From Octopus bimaculoides (taxonomy: Eukaryota): a stretch of 64,000 nt of DNA. The translations under genes were made by a program, and so were the position numbers. The stretch covers positions 30,273,172-30,337,171 of the forward strand of contig NC_068984.1 of assembly GCF_001194135.2 (NCBI RefSeq). The letters are read 5' to 3'. Positions 37,547 to 51,354 of the stretch are shown here, one piece after another. Below the pieces are notes generated by a model. The model worked only from the letters and a program-made list of their open reading frames with translations. It did no database searches and was not told the DNA's origin. Numbering within the stretch: the first letter of the stretch is position 1; each line of letters opens with the position of its first letter.

Positions 37547-39500
37547 NNNNNNNNNNNNNNNNNNNNNNNNNNNNNNNNNNNNNNNNNNNNNNNNNNNNNN
37601 NNNNNNNNNNNNNNNNNNNNNNNNNNNNNNNNNNNNNNNNNNNNNNNNNNNNNNNNNNNNNNNNNNNNNNNNNNNNNNNNNNNNNNNNNNNNNNNNNNNN
37701 NNNNNNNNNTTTTCAAAAATATAATTTTGTTTCTTTGTGAGTATTGTTCAAAAGCTATTTCATATCAAATTTATAGTAAGATAAGAAGATAAATATATTT
37801 TTTTTTAAATGCAGTTCATTTCTAACTTGATATTGCCAAGATAGATAACAATTTTAAAGAAAATAGCTAGAAATTGGCATCATACAAAATCAGAAACATA
37901 AGCTTATTGTATAAGAAACTAAAAATCAACAGAAGAAAGAAGTAGATTTTCATGCTTATAATATACTAGTCTGATAACTATGAAATTAAGATGATCCATA
38001 AATGGATAACAGAATAATCTCTTTCCCATATAACAGCAAAAAGTTATTTTCCTCTCAAATTTTCACTGAATTTTTGCTCTTTAACATTGCAGGAGCTCTG
38101 TAGTTGCAAGGACATATCTTTAACAGTGTAAATGTATCATTGCTGTGATTATTGAATTACTGCTCTAATTATTAATACTGGTAAAATGCACCCATGTTGG
38201 CGACACGTAAAAGACATCTGAGCTAGTGACATGTAAAAGGCACCCATGCTGGGGGAACGTAAAAGGCACCTGTGCTGGTGACACATAGAAGGCACCCAAC
38301 ACATTCTGTGGAGTGGTTAGCATTAAGCAGAGCATCCAGCCAAAGAAACCATGCCAAAATCAGACTGGAACCTGGTACAGCTTTCCAGCTTACCAGATCC
38401 AATCAAACAGTCTAACCCATGCCAGCATGGAAAACAGACATTAAATGATGATGATGTGTGATGATTTTTTATTAGGTGAGCTGGCAGAATCATTAATATG
38501 CTCGCCCAGATTCTTAGTAGCTTTTCTTTCAACTTTACGTTCTAAGTTCACATGCTGCTGTGTTGATGTTTCCTTTTTATGCTTGCTGCATTGATAAAAT
38601 AATTACCAGCTAAGTACTGTAGTCAGTTCAACTAGCTCTTTCTCAAAGAAGCCAATTGATTGCATTAATATCATCATCATTATCATCACTTTTTCTTGCT
38701 TGCATGTGTCACGCTGAATATATCGAAGTAAATTTTTACAGCTGGATGCCCTTCCTGTCACTATTCCTCAGCTGTTGCTATGCAAGGTAATATGCTTCAC
38801 CACAGTTAACATATGTTTTCCACAGAGGTCTGTCAAGGAACAACCTCATGTGGGATGATGGTGGTGCACATTTCCAATCATCTAGACAAGGGTTGACCAC
38901 AGATGAAAAATTTACTTTGAAATGTGCCAGCAAAACTGAGAGCTACTTATTCACAAAAGCAATCGTCCAGTCTCAGACTAAATTCACCAGTGTCCAAAAG
39001 TTTGTATGATGTTCAAACAATATTTACAAGAATTATAATTGAAGTGGTCAGTGAATATAAGACAGACCTTGCCTTTAGAACATTTGCAATATATGACACA
39101 GTCTTCAGTGGAAACATTTAGATTCTCTAGATTAAGCATCAGAGCTTCTTGTAGTACTTTATCAAACAGATTGAGATAATTTCTTTTCTTTTGAGAATTT
39201 GCTTCCAAAATCCTTTGGGATAAATGTGATACTTATATACATTTTATAATTTCTCCATATGGCCATTCTTATCTTATCATAACTCCTTAACTTCTTCTGT
39301 GCCCTACAAACCAAGTGAAACTCCCAGCTATCTTAATTGCTCTTGCCTCATTTTTCAACTGAAGCACATTAAATCTTCCATCATTTCTCTATGCAGATTT
39401 CACAGCTAAAACTGTTAACTTCTTTTCAAAATATGTTGAAATGCATTTTCTCCAAGACTTCTAAAGTTGGACATCATAACTACCACTATATTCTTTTAGT

Positions 39501-39862
39501 GTGGTGGCGCAATGGCCCAGTGGTTAGGATTGCGGTTTCAATTCCCAGACCGGGCGTTGTGAGTGTTTATTGAGCAAAAACACCTAAAGCTCCATGAGGC
39601 TCCGGCAGGGGATGGTGGCGAACCCTGCTGTACTCTTCCACCACAACTTTCTTTCACTCTTAGTTTCTGTTTCTGTTGTGCCTGTAATTCAAAGGGTCAG
39701 CCTTGTCACACTGTGTCATGCTGAATATCCCCGAGAACTACGTTAAGGGTACACGTGTCTGTGGAGTGCTCTGCCACTTGCACGTTGATTTCATGAGCAG
39801 GCTGTTCCGTTGATCAAATGGAACCCTCGACGCCGTTAGTGACGGAGTGCCAGCAACAACAA
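39501..39862 (+). mobile_element. tRNA-derived SINE family D (head partly deleted)
   Basis: A-box-like tggcccagtggttagg, B-box-like ggtttcaattcccag, (CAA)n tail; reverse-complement match to 45464-45855. Confidence 0.9.
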
Positions 39863-40859
39863 TTCTTTTAGCAATGGAAACAATTTCTCTTCACATTATC
39901 CAGTGCAGCCAAATGGTTGCTACAGCATTAATATTTACCTCAAAGCTCCATAGTTTCTTTAACTATCAATTTTCATTCAATTCATAATTGTATTATAAAA
40001 ACATGAAGTAGAATTGATTATGTTTATGAAAATGTTTGTATTTCTCTTGTTTATATCTCTTTACTACTGAGCTGCAAATGTTCAATGTTCACCATACACT
40101 TTTGATTTTTTTTCAGTAATATAAAGCATCCATGCCTTTCTTACCTAGCTTTATAACTTACTCCTGAAATTAGTGTGTTTGATTTATAGAACAACAGCAA
40201 TCATCATTATCATCATCATCATCATCATCATTTAATGTTCATATTCCATGCTGACATGGGCTGGGAAGTATGACAAGGATCGAATGAGTCTAGGATTGCA
40301 TCGTATTCCAGTGTCTGTCTTGGCATGGCTTCTGCAGCTGGAACAAAATAAATGATAAGTATTTTAACCATCCTATGATATGTAACCTCATCAATTACAA
40401 GTAAAATAAGAAACTCTACAGAACAATTACTGTGCTGTAGTTATTGTTTTAATAAAATAAATTATCTTACTAAATCCCTAGTTCATTATTTGTTAAATAT
40501 ACACACACCTATTTTATTTTTATAATTGCATTTAACTGCATTCTTCTGATTTTCAAATACAGGAGCACATATTTATTCTCTGTACTAATATCGTGACACT
40601 TAAATACTTGTACACATAACTGTAGCTTATTTTTCTCTTCCTACCCATATATTTCCTTTCCCTCTTCGCTGATTTCTTCTTCTTTCGTTTTACTCCCACA
40701 CACACTATCTCTCATTATGTCACATAATTGCTATTTATATTTTCATTATGATCTCTGTCAGATACTTATTGCTTCACTGTCTTTCCCACAATCTTTTCTT
40801 CCTTCTTTCACTTACATACTTAATCTCAATTATTTGTAATTCAAAAGTCATCTAATGCA

Positions 40860-41688
40860 NNNNNNNNNNNNNNNNNNNNNNNNNNNNNNNNNNNNNNNNN
40901 NNNNNNNNNNNNNNNNNNNNNNNNNNNNNNNNNNNNNNNNNNNNNNNNNNNNNNNNNNNNNNNNNNNNNNNNNNNNNNNNNNNNNNNNNNNNNNNNNNNN
41001 NNNNNNNNNNNNNNNNNNNNNNNNNNNNNNNNNNNNNNNNNNNNNNNNNNNNNNNNNNNNNNNNNNNNNNNNNNNNNNNNNNNNNNNNNNNNNNNNNNNN
41101 NNNNNNNNNNNNNNNNNNNNNNNNNNNNNNNNNNNNNNNNNNNNNNNNNNNNNNNNNNNNNNNNNNNNNNNNNNNNNNNNNNNNNNNNNNNNNNNNNNNN
41201 NNNNNNNNNNNNNNNNNNNNNNNNNNNNNNNNNNNNNNNNNNNNNNNNNNNNNNNNNNNNNNNNNNNNNNNNNNNNNNNNNNNNNNNNNNNNNNNNNNNN
41301 NNNNNNNNNNNNNNNNNNNNNNNNNNNNNNNNNNNNNNNNNNNNNNNNNNNNNNNNNNNNNNNNNNNNNNNNNNNNNNNNNNNNNNNNNNNNNNNNNNNN
41401 NNNNNNNNNNNNNNNNNNNNNNNNNNNNNNNNNNNNNNNNNNNNNNNNNNNNNNNNNNNNNNNNNNNNNNNNNNNNNNNNNNNNNNNNNNNNNNNNNNNN
41501 NNNNNNNNNNNNNNNNNNNNNNNNNNNNNNNNNNNNNNNNNNNNNNNNNNNNNNNNNNNNNNNNNNNNNNNNNNNNNNNNNNNNNNNNNNNNNNNNNNNN
41601 NNNNNNNNNNNNNNNNNNNNNNNNNNNNNNNNNNNNNNNNNNNNNNNNNNNNNNNNNNNNNNNNNNNNNNNNNNNNNNNNNNNNNNNN
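40860..41688. other. Assembly gap (others at 37547-37709, 44324-44809, 47064-47109, 52626-52711, 55991-56090, 61920-61946)
   Basis: Runs of N, mostly flanked by microsatellites. Confidence 1.
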
Positions 41689-41985
41689 CTTAATATATAC
41701 TTAAATTTGATATACTTAATCAAGCAAACTAGAAATAACTATGTAGTGAAGAGGAAAAGTCATTAAATTCCTGACAAGTATTATATTATTTGGGCAAGTA
41801 AAGAAGATAATTCTGAACTTATCAGACTTTTGTGACATTGTCAAAGAAAAATAGACTCTCCTGCATTTCTTCTCCTATGTATGATCTCTTCCTTTTTTAA
41901 TTACTTAAATCCTTCCTTTGAAGAAGGAGTTGGTTTCTAACAAAGATACAAAGTTCCATCATTGGAATGTAGGTATCAGAAACAG

Positions 41986-42720
41986 TCACATTTTAAACTT
42001 GAGAAAATTGTTGCATATTTTTATTGTTCCACTTAAGAATTTTATTTGTAATATATGTTATTTGGTTGATTTCTTTCATCTGAAAAACCTAGCTTATCCA
42101 AATTGTCACATAGACTTTTACTCACAAAACCAAGTGTACAAATCATCATTGGTATAAATGTGAATTTATGATATGGATATAGAAACTGGAGGTCTTAAAG
42201 CAGTTGTCCATAGTTATCCTCTTTTATTCACACCAGCAGGACAGCTGACCTCTAAGATGGCACATACCTTTTCTTGTCAGTCCCAATTAACAATATCCAG
42301 CTTTTTATGCTTACACTTGATTGATGTTTTGATGGGAATGTTCCACCAGTATTCCTTGTGTTGATGTTTGTGTATGTATTCAATAGCAGAAGGATTTTCT
42401 CTCTTTATTCCAGGACAATCTTTTACCTGAATGGCATTGTATACTGTTTTTTTGCAACAGCATTGTGTTGCATAGGGAGGTAGTACCTTGATGGCATTTT
42501 TAGACAGCTGTTAATCACACCAGTGATGTCTTTCACAGAAATAGGATATATTCTATATATTCTACATTTTTAGTTACATCTTGAAGCTCCAAGGGCTTCA
42601 CACTCCTTCTTGTTTATTAGGTATTTTGTATGAATCTCCTGTTCTTAAATTGCAAATGCATGGCCTTCAAACTGTGATGTGATGTAGCAGTCATGAGTCC
42701 AAGAGAGGCTGTGCTTCATC
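41986..42720 (-). mobile_element. Decayed Dong/R4-like LINE 3' end (second family), CCHC knuckle plus RLE
   Basis: FEGHAFAI.EQEIHTKYL..SCLKMPSRYYLPMQHNAVAK..YWWNIPIKTSIKCKHKKLDIVNWD..LEVSCP..DNYGQL..SGTIKICNNFLKFKM*. Confidence 0.85.
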
Positions 42721-43196
42721 TTTTATTTTTAACTTGTTTCAGTCATTTGCCTGTGGCTATGCTGGGGCACTGTCTCATGTCGATATTACTGTCTTCTTCA
42801 AGTCTTCTTAAGATGACCAAACATTCATCTGTTGTCAACACTTGAATCTTATATTGACTAATTTTAAGCTATTAGTTGGTAACTCTATATCATAATTTTT
42901 ATTGAAATTTTACTTTTACTGAATTTCTTACAGAAATGTAACAGATGACTCTCCTCACAGTTATTGCACTGGAGTAATTCTTCATTCAACAATTGTTCAG
43001 TAATATTCAACCATCACATCAGCATTTAGCACTTGTACAACCAATGATTCCAATATGTGAGGCTCATTAATAGAAATAAACTTTTTGTATCATCCAATGT
43101 CAGTCAGTCTTTTTGGGAACTCATGTCTGACACACTACTTAACATCACTGCTTCTGAATGTGAAAGTTTGAGTATTGTAAATCTAAACCATAAATA

Positions 43197-43312
<116 letters not shown>

Positions 43313-43948
43313 TTTGTGTGTGTGTGTGTTATATATAAACATATGTACATGCATGCACATACTCTTCACATATAGGTTTGTAACTTTCTATTATTTTCTT
43401 CATGCCTCTTAGTAAATATTGTTAAAAGAACATATTCTGTGTTATTTGAAAGGAATTAATTGTCAATCATTGTAATATAATATTCATGTTGCTTTTTTTT
43501 AAAAAAAAGAAATCATTGAACAAACATTCACACTTGTTCTTGGTATTTGATTATGTGTTCAAATCTTATTAATGCATCTATTATTTTGAATTATTGAACA
43601 AAATCGTTTTAAGTATTTACTTTAAACAATCAACCTGACTGTAGTTTCATGCATATATCTCATACTTGATTGACTAATAGTAGGAGATGCATTCAACAGG
43701 AAAAAAATCAATTACTCAAATGAATTCTAACTCACTTTTGCCAACATAGAAAACTTTATATGCAAAATAACTAAAGCAAAATGCAAATAGTAAAAGAACG
43801 CTTGGGATTATAGGAGAGTAAAAGTATGTTCTTGGTAAACAGATTGAACTAGTGTTGATGCCTGAAATAAGTTTTTTTGTTTTGCTTTTTTTTTTACTTG
43901 AGAAAGCTCAGAACATTGAAGTATCCGATTTCACTTTCCATATATATA

Positions 43949-44094
43949 TTGGGTTGTCCAGACAGTTCATGCCGATTTATAGTAGCTTACCTTTCGACTT
44001 ATTTACCATGAAACCACCTCAATTCTGGGAAGAGGGTATTTTCAAGTTAAAGAAAAGATGTGCATTATGCAACAAAATGGTTCATATTTGGTTG
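43949..44094 (+). mobile_element. Internally deleted mariner: TIR fused to the transposase C-terminus
   Basis: TA-ttgggttgtccagacagttcatgccgat mariner-type TIR followed by PPQFWEEGIFKLKKR..QQNGSYLV. Confidence 0.7.
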
Positions 44095-45463
44095 CATGTG
44101 CAGATAAGGGTACATACCACAGAAAGACATAACAGACTAACCAGGACTGGAGGAGACATGGAGTGGAGAGTCACTGAAGAGGTCACAGGAGTTATGATGA
44201 AAGATTTCAAAGGACACTAAAACAAGAACAATAATAAAGCTGAGGTGAAGAATAAGTATATAATGTGTGCATTTAATTAGCAAAAAAAAAGACCATCTCA
44301 AAATATAACAATGTGTGTGTGTGNNNNNNNNNNNNNNNNNNNNNNNNNNNNNNNNNNNNNNNNNNNNNNNNNNNNNNNNNNNNNNNNNNNNNNNNNNNNN
44401 NNNNNNNNNNNNNNNNNNNNNNNNNNNNNNNNNNNNNNNNNNNNNNNNNNNNNNNNNNNNNNNNNNNNNNNNNNNNNNNNNNNNNNNNNNNNNNNNNNNN
44501 NNNNNNNNNNNNNNNNNNNNNNNNNNNNNNNNNNNNNNNNNNNNNNNNNNNNNNNNNNNNNNNNNNNNNNNNNNNNNNNNNNNNNNNNNNNNNNNNNNNN
44601 NNNNNNNNNNNNNNNNNNNNNNNNNNNNNNNNNNNNNNNNNNNNNNNNNNNNNNNNNNNNNNNNNNNNNNNNNNNNNNNNNNNNNNNNNNNNNNNNNNNN
44701 NNNNNNNNNNNNNNNNNNNNNNNNNNNNNNNNNNNNNNNNNNNNNNNNNNNNNNNNNNNNNNNNNNNNNNNNNNNNNNNNNNNNNNNNNNNNNNNNNNNN
44801 NNNNNNNNNGTGATGCAGTCTGTAGGAGATATACCATATTTTCATTATGCAATGTATTTGAGGTCATATTTTACTGTCAGTGAGTAATACCTTACTTAAT
44901 TTATCTAAAATTGTCTGTCACAGATTCATGGGCCTCTATTTGATATATAAGTGCGTTTGTGGGAACGGGGGGGGGGGTGAGTGCTTGCATATAATTTATA
45001 TGGACCTTATGCATGTTGATGCACATGCCTTTTTGGCTTAGTATCATTTCTCACATGAATTTTTGCTTGACTCTTTTTGTTGTTGTCCAATATTTTTTGA
45101 GTCTTTAAGTAGATTACTAGCTCCGATCAAAGATCTAATTGCTTATGTTTCAGAATTAATGGGAGTTTATAGAAATTTCTGTAAAATGATTTCTATTTAA
45201 TATAATTATATTCAGTTTATGTATGTTTCATAATTTTTTTTTTAATCTATATTCTAATTTCATAAAAAATGTACATTATTGATAATTAACTAAATGGTTG
45301 GTATACTTTGATGAGAGCATTATATTTACTTTCTCTCTCTACATTTCTTGCTTTTGATAAGTGCGGGGGAACATGAATATTTCGTTTGGGGTTATTAAAT
45401 TTTTATACATTCTTACTCTTTTATCATTATTACATAGATTTCAAATTGTTTTTGTTGTTACAA

Positions 45464-45855
45464 TTGTTGTTGTTGTTGGCACTCCGTCACTTACGACGTC
45501 AAGGGTTCCAGTTGATCCAATCAACGGAACAGCCTGCTCATGAAATTAAGGTGCAAGTGGCTGAGCACTCCACAGACACGTGCAACCTTAACGAAGTTCT
45601 CGGGGATATTCAGCATGACACAGTGTGACAAGGCTGGCCCTTTGAAATACAGGTACAACAGAAACAGGAAGGAAGATTGAAAGAAAGTCGTGGTGGAAGA
45701 GTACGGCAGGGTTCACCACCATCCCCTGCCGGAGCCTCGTGGAGCTTTAGGTGTTTTCGCTCAATAAACACTCACAAAGCCCGGTCTGGGAATCGAAACC
45801 GCGATCCTATGACCGCGAGTTCGCTGCCCTAACTACTGGGCCATCGCACCTCCAC
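45464..45855 (-). mobile_element. Full-length, CpG-retaining SINE family D
   Basis: tRNA-like head gtggaggtgcgatggcccagtagttagggcagcgaactcgcggtcataggatcgcggtttcgattcccag; (AAC)n tail. Confidence 0.92.
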
Positions 45856-46881
45856 TACGTTGTTAGAATATGCTGGCAGTATAATAAGAGCAATGGATAA
45901 AAGACCTGGTGTTATTTGTTCCAGCTTTTTCTGAGTTCAAATTTTGGGGGATCAAATTTATCTTTCATCATTTTGAGGGTGATAAAATACAGTGCCACTC
46001 AAGAACTGAGGTTTATTCAAATTACAGATATCACTTCGAATTTCTGGTCTTTTGCCTATGTAAAAAATTTTCTGGGCAAGGACTGGTAGGACAGTGAATG
46101 CAATAGAAAAATAGCATGCAGTAGTTTTCCTTGCTCTTTATGTTATGGGTTCATTTATCACATAGGTTATAGATATTGATGATAACTATGAGATTGACAA
46201 AGAGATGGAGCAGGCAAATCATGAGAGGGAATAGTATGATGTACTAGGGTTTTATAGTGAAGATGATGATTAGGATGATGTATATATTTTTCTGAATACC
46301 CTTTGGAATCAACATAACTACATGGATAGTTTGTGCTAGAAATGGCTATTAGAGGAATTCTGATATTTATATCAACATTTCTATCTACGAGCTTAAACAG
46401 TAATATATAAGAACATAAAACCGTAAGATTTGGTAAGAAATAAGAATAAATAAAAAGAAAAATAGCAAAAAGAAAAAAGGAATTCCTGAAAATTGTATGC
46501 TGAATAAAAGTGTTAATGATATTTTGATACGGAAATAGATATGCGTTTTGGTGCAAGCTTGCATCTCTAAGACTTTGGATTGGAATAGCAGGAGACATAT
46601 ATGGAAAAAGTAAAACAAGAAAAACCATACAATAGCCATCTGCATTTTTTATACACATCTAAAACACAAACTTATTTAAACTGTCAATTTTGCAAATGCT
46701 CATTTATCTGGGTATGCATGCCTGCATACATGTGTGTGTGTTTGTGTGTGTGTGCGTGCGTGCGTGCATGTGTGTATGTACTATCATGACAACTTACTGA
46801 TTGTCCTAAATTATATATATATATATGCTTTTCTGCATCCTTACACTTCATGCAAATTTCCATCAACCAATGCAAATACAT

Positions 46882-47203
46882 AGGCGTAGAAGTGGCTGTG
46901 TGCTAAGTAGCTTGCTTACGAACCACATGGTTCCAGGTTCAGTCCCACTGCGTGGCACCTTGGGCAAGTGTTTTCTACTATAGCCTCGGGCTGACCAAAG
47001 TCTTGTGAGTGGATTTGGTAGACGGAAACTGAAAGAAGCCCGTCATATATATATATATATATANNNNNNNNNNNNNNNNNNNNNNNNNNNNNNNNNNNNN
47101 NNNNNNNNNTTATATATTAAATATATATTTTTTTTAACCAAAAAATTTGGTAAAAAATATAGTATCTGTTAACAATTTTAGCAAAAAACTCACAGTTGAG
47201 TTT

Positions 47204-47234
<31 letters not shown>

Positions 47235-47408
47235 ATGTGTGTGTGTGTGTATATGTTTGTGCGTCTGTGTTTGTCCCACCAACAATGCTTGACAACCGAT
47301 GCTGGTGTGTTTACGTCCCTGTAACTTAGCAGTTCGGCAAAAGAGACCAATGGAATAAGTACTAGGCTTACAAAGAATAAGTCCTGGGGTCGATTTGATC
47401 GACTAAAG
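46882..47408 (+). mobile_element. SINE family B with internal (TA)n/(TG)n tract, 3'-truncated at the mariner junction
   Basis: Head and tail match 9962-11020; the sequence stops at cgactaaag. Confidence 0.88.
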
Positions 47409-47409
47409 A

Positions 47410-47975
47410 ACACGCATTCACTCTCTACACTCTGTGAAGAACCTATTGACTCAATTTTCTGATTTTTCCGGAGGCACGCAGGTGTCGATCAATGGTTGAA
47501 TGACCAAATCCAAGCTTCTATGCTAGTTCCTCAACAGTTCCGATGGAATTTTGTTTCACCAGGGTTTGCAGGACGTCCTCATTGAGCACTACAGATCTTC
47601 CAAGACGAGGCTCATCTTCTAGGCTTTAGTTTTCGACTAGGAATTTCTGGAACCACCGTTGACACTGGCTTACGCGTATTGTCCGATCCCCACATACTGC
47701 ATTAATATTCTTCACACTTTCCGTTGCATTGTTGTCTTTATTGAACTTATAAAGCAAAATATGCCGAATATGCTCCTTTGTCACTTCCATTATAGCTTTG
47801 GGAAAATAACTGTTAAAATCGAACTGCGCTCTTCAAAACTTGCACAAAGAATAAGGACAAGGTAACATTACTACCTGCTTTTATAGCAAGTTGATGTAGG
47901 TAGTTTATCCTGTACCTCTCCAACTTCTAGTTCATGCAATTGAAAAGACTGTATTATTTATGGAATGATCTAATA
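47410..47975 (-). mobile_element. Mariner remnant: 5' TIR plus transposase N-terminal pseudogene (ATG at 47790)
   Basis: MEVTKEHIRHILLYKFNK..QCQRWFQKF..SLEDEPRLGRS..TVEELA.KLGFGHSTIDRHLR (Mos1/SETMAR-type HTH) with stops; TIR-like end ta-ttagatcattccataaataata. Confidence 0.9.
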
Positions 47976-48088
47976 CAATAAGAAAATCATGATCCTGACT
48001 CTCTGTAAATACGCGCACGCACACGCGCACACACGCACACACAAACACACACACATATACACATACAGACAGACTGATAGATAGACAG

Positions 48089-48262
48089 CGGAAGTGAGCT
48101 AGAGCGTTAAAACTTAGTGCACATGCACAACAGCGTTCAATGTCAATCTGTGAAAAGCGGCTTCACTCTGTGCTTTAGCATCGTTACTATGGCAACAGTC
48201 TGGATATTTGTGGATCAGACCGCGTATTACATAATATTACGTAATTCTACATTATTGCGTAA
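48089..48262. promoter_or_regulatory. Candidate promoter: ETS site, RFX X-box and three PAR-bZIP/CEBP-like sites
   Basis: CGGAAGTG 48089-48096; GTTACTATGGCAAC 48183-48196; TTACATAA 48227, TTACGTAA 48237, TTGCGTAA 48255; local CpG retention. Confidence 0.5.
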
Positions 48263-50815
48263 CCATGCCATTTTATAAAACAATTTCATTCATCACTTGG
48301 TGAAATTGCGCTTGGATATGGTGTTCAATAAACCACTTAAGATAGAATATGCCAGAAGTGAACGACCTGGATATCTTAAGGTTAGAAGGAAATGTCCAAA
48401 AGTAGCAAGTCCAAGAAGCCACGTTTGTCTCTAACAACTCAGTAGATAAAAAATGACTTGAAAGATATTCCAGTTGAGACGGCCAAGAAGAATTTCTTGA
48501 AGGCAGAAATACCATATAGCATCGATGGTACTAAAACTTACTGCTATGAAGCTGATAGCCAAGAGAACCAAGGAGAGACAATGATGCAAAGGAAATACCA
48601 ACACTAGTATTTCCGTTGCTTCATTGTTATGGGATGCAGATGAAAAGTTGACTCAAGAATGTTGATAACCTTTGGGCATCAGTGATGATGAATTATACAA
48701 AAGTTAATGACTTTTTACTGGATTTTAAATTCTATTTAATAATCTTTTGTTATAAATAGTCAATTTCATAATTGTGCTTGACCTTAAATGTGCTTCATTT
48801 TGTTTAGTTTTCTTTAATGATTTATTTGATATATTTTAGTATAAAGTCACGAATATATCGACCATTCCATAATTATATTCGTAATTTCTTTCCTTAATAG
48901 ATACATTCAACGTGGTTACACATTGGCCTAATTTCACTGATAACAGTCTAGGTGTTGTTTACTTTAAAGTCTCTTGAAGTACCAATTTACGGGTACTTCT
49001 GTGAAGTACTGTACTAAATTTTCTTTGCAGACTATAAAGCATGAATTATACACGAGTACATAAATGTTATGTTTGGATGTGTGTTTATGCGTATGCGTGT
49101 GTGTTGATATCCGATGGGCCCCGATTATACAGAATAAAACAACTCACAGTAATATACAGAGAATTAATTTCTTTAAATGAAAATTTTGTATAGTAAAACA
49201 AGTTTTATCAGATATTTTGGTTGATGCTAAAAACTAAAAGAAGTTTTAAAATACGTCTTTATGAAGCATTATGATCAATATCTCCTAAGCCATTTAATAA
49301 AAATTTCTACTATCAAATTCACTGGCGTGTAATTTGGCCCATGCATCTTTTTTGTGTGGTGGTGTTGGTGGTGGTGGTGGTGGTGGTGGGCTTGTCTTTT
49401 TTGAAATTGACTCGAGAGTTTCTCTGTGCAATCTGCTCCTCATAATATAAAACTCTTTCCCGTTGAACTATTTGTAGAAAGAATTTCCAGGTTCCGTCTG
49501 CAGTCTGCTCTGTGTAGTTTCTCTGTACCTGTTCATATTTGCCATTCAAGAAAATGATAATAAGCATTTCCAATGTCTTATGAAAGAAACGTAGAAGATC
49601 TTTCTGTGAACATAGTTGTCTTACAATTAACCAATTGATAATTTGTTGAAGTCCAGGTGGAAGATAATCAGAAAAAATGATTTCAGTCTCTTTTTTATTC
49701 TTTTTGATATCCAAGAATTAAATTGTTTGAAACTGAAAATAATCAACGGTTAATGAGGCATGTGTTATCTTGAAACGCTAGTTTCCTCCTTATTGTGTAT
49801 TTCCTTCTACCTGTAAAATTTCATGCCCTAGAAAGAATATATTTTCTAATAGATCTCGAAGTGATATCCAAGAATATTTCAGTATCTTGTTCATATAGTT
49901 TAACTATTACCAGGAGGTGATATAATATTACGTCACCATCGGTATATCAATGAATAATACATTAAATTGTTGAAATATCCACAATGTTTTATATCTTGTT
50001 AGTAGTTAAATATTAACAGTTTGTATAAAATATATGTACTTAGTAATAAACATAAATTACTTCAATCATATATTTGCTTCAAACGATTGCACATACACGG
50101 AAAATTTTAGCTTGCAAAGCAACATTTACGTCGTTGTTATATTGCTGAAAAATTCTAAAAGATAGGCAAAAATGCCCGATGATTTTATTAAGTAAACCTG
50201 ATGGTGAGGCCTGTTAGAAGCCCACAAGACAAAAAGCATCCCTGCCAAGAATACAGATAAATTGATCATATTATTAATGCCTACCAGGTAATAGCATAAA
50301 ATGACATTGAAATAATCGTTCACAGAACGAGCGTGCTGCATGACCTCATCGGGAATACTAAACCATTAGTTCCCTTAAAACATCGATTTTGGTGAAGAAA
50401 ACTCCAATGTGAAACTTGAGAATTGTTCAGTTTTTGGTTGTCACAAGAAAAGCTGAGGCCCAGGAGGAAAGCTGAATAACTGATAGATTGAAAACTGAAC
50501 GCAAACTCGTACGCATTGCATTTGCTATGCTGAATTCGGCGCATAGAAAAATCTCAGTCATAAACGTGTAATAGACCTTCAAAAAACTGGTCGTTGTTGG
50601 TGCAGCCTTTAGAGTATAGCTTGCAAATGCGACGACGAAGTACTGCCGCTTTTAAAGTTTCCTCGCTGATGGTGGAGAGCTGGGTGGCACACCGTAAATA
50701 CAGCACAGGCAAAGCAGTCGCGATTTTTCATTTACTTATGCAGTTGTGTCCTCTGTTGCTGCTGCTTTTAAGAAACGCTATCTTTGACTTAGGCCTGAGC
50801 GTAATGTATATGATC

Positions 50816-50852
<37 letters not shown>

Positions 50853-51354
50853 TCTGCCAGACAATAGATGGTATGAGTTACTTACCTCCACCTTGTAAAC
50901 ATAAGGCAATTGTTGTCTCTCGTTGTCATCACAATGTTATTCATAGTTATTTTATTTTAATTATACACTTACTCAGCATGACTCAAACGTGTGAACGTCG
51001 AGCCAGTAGTGATAGTGTAAACAAAAAACTATATATTGTTAAGTTGGAAACCAAGGTGGAAAATGTGAGAAACTGATAAATATTACAGGTTCACATTCGT
51101 TTAATCATTCTTGTGTTGTGAAAATGTTAAAAGAGAAACAGTACATCATTATGTCATATCTTAAAGGTTCTGCACCAAGTATATTCCATGATAATTAATA
51201 TGAAACTAAAGTTAATGATGGGAGAAATAGAAAAACGTCTGAGTGTTGTGGATGGAGAAGCCATATGTCATGTGACAATAAAAATCTATTAAATTCATGC
51301 GAAGCCGCGAGTTGAAGATTTAAAGGTAAATGTGATGATAATATTTGTGGAGAA

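Noticed and set aside
38180-38300. Spaced short repeats (cacgtaaaaggcacc) resembling a CRISPR array
   Set aside because: Internal tandem units of eukaryotic repeat family C; irregular spacing; no cas genes.
44826-44879. 54-nt candidate exon GDIPYFHYAMYLRSYFTV with a GTGAGT donor
   Set aside because: The acceptor context is lost in the adjacent gap, two frames are open, and no family is recognised.
45780-45855. tRNA-like A and B boxes (also at 39501, 46882, 9962)
   Set aside because: These are SINE heads continuous with SINE bodies, not standalone tRNA genes.
48309-48438. LRLDMVFNKPLKIEYARSERP resembles the end of an RRM (U1A/RNPC3-like)
   Set aside because: About 20 residues only; an in-frame stop lies just upstream, with no splice acceptor and no rest of the RRM.
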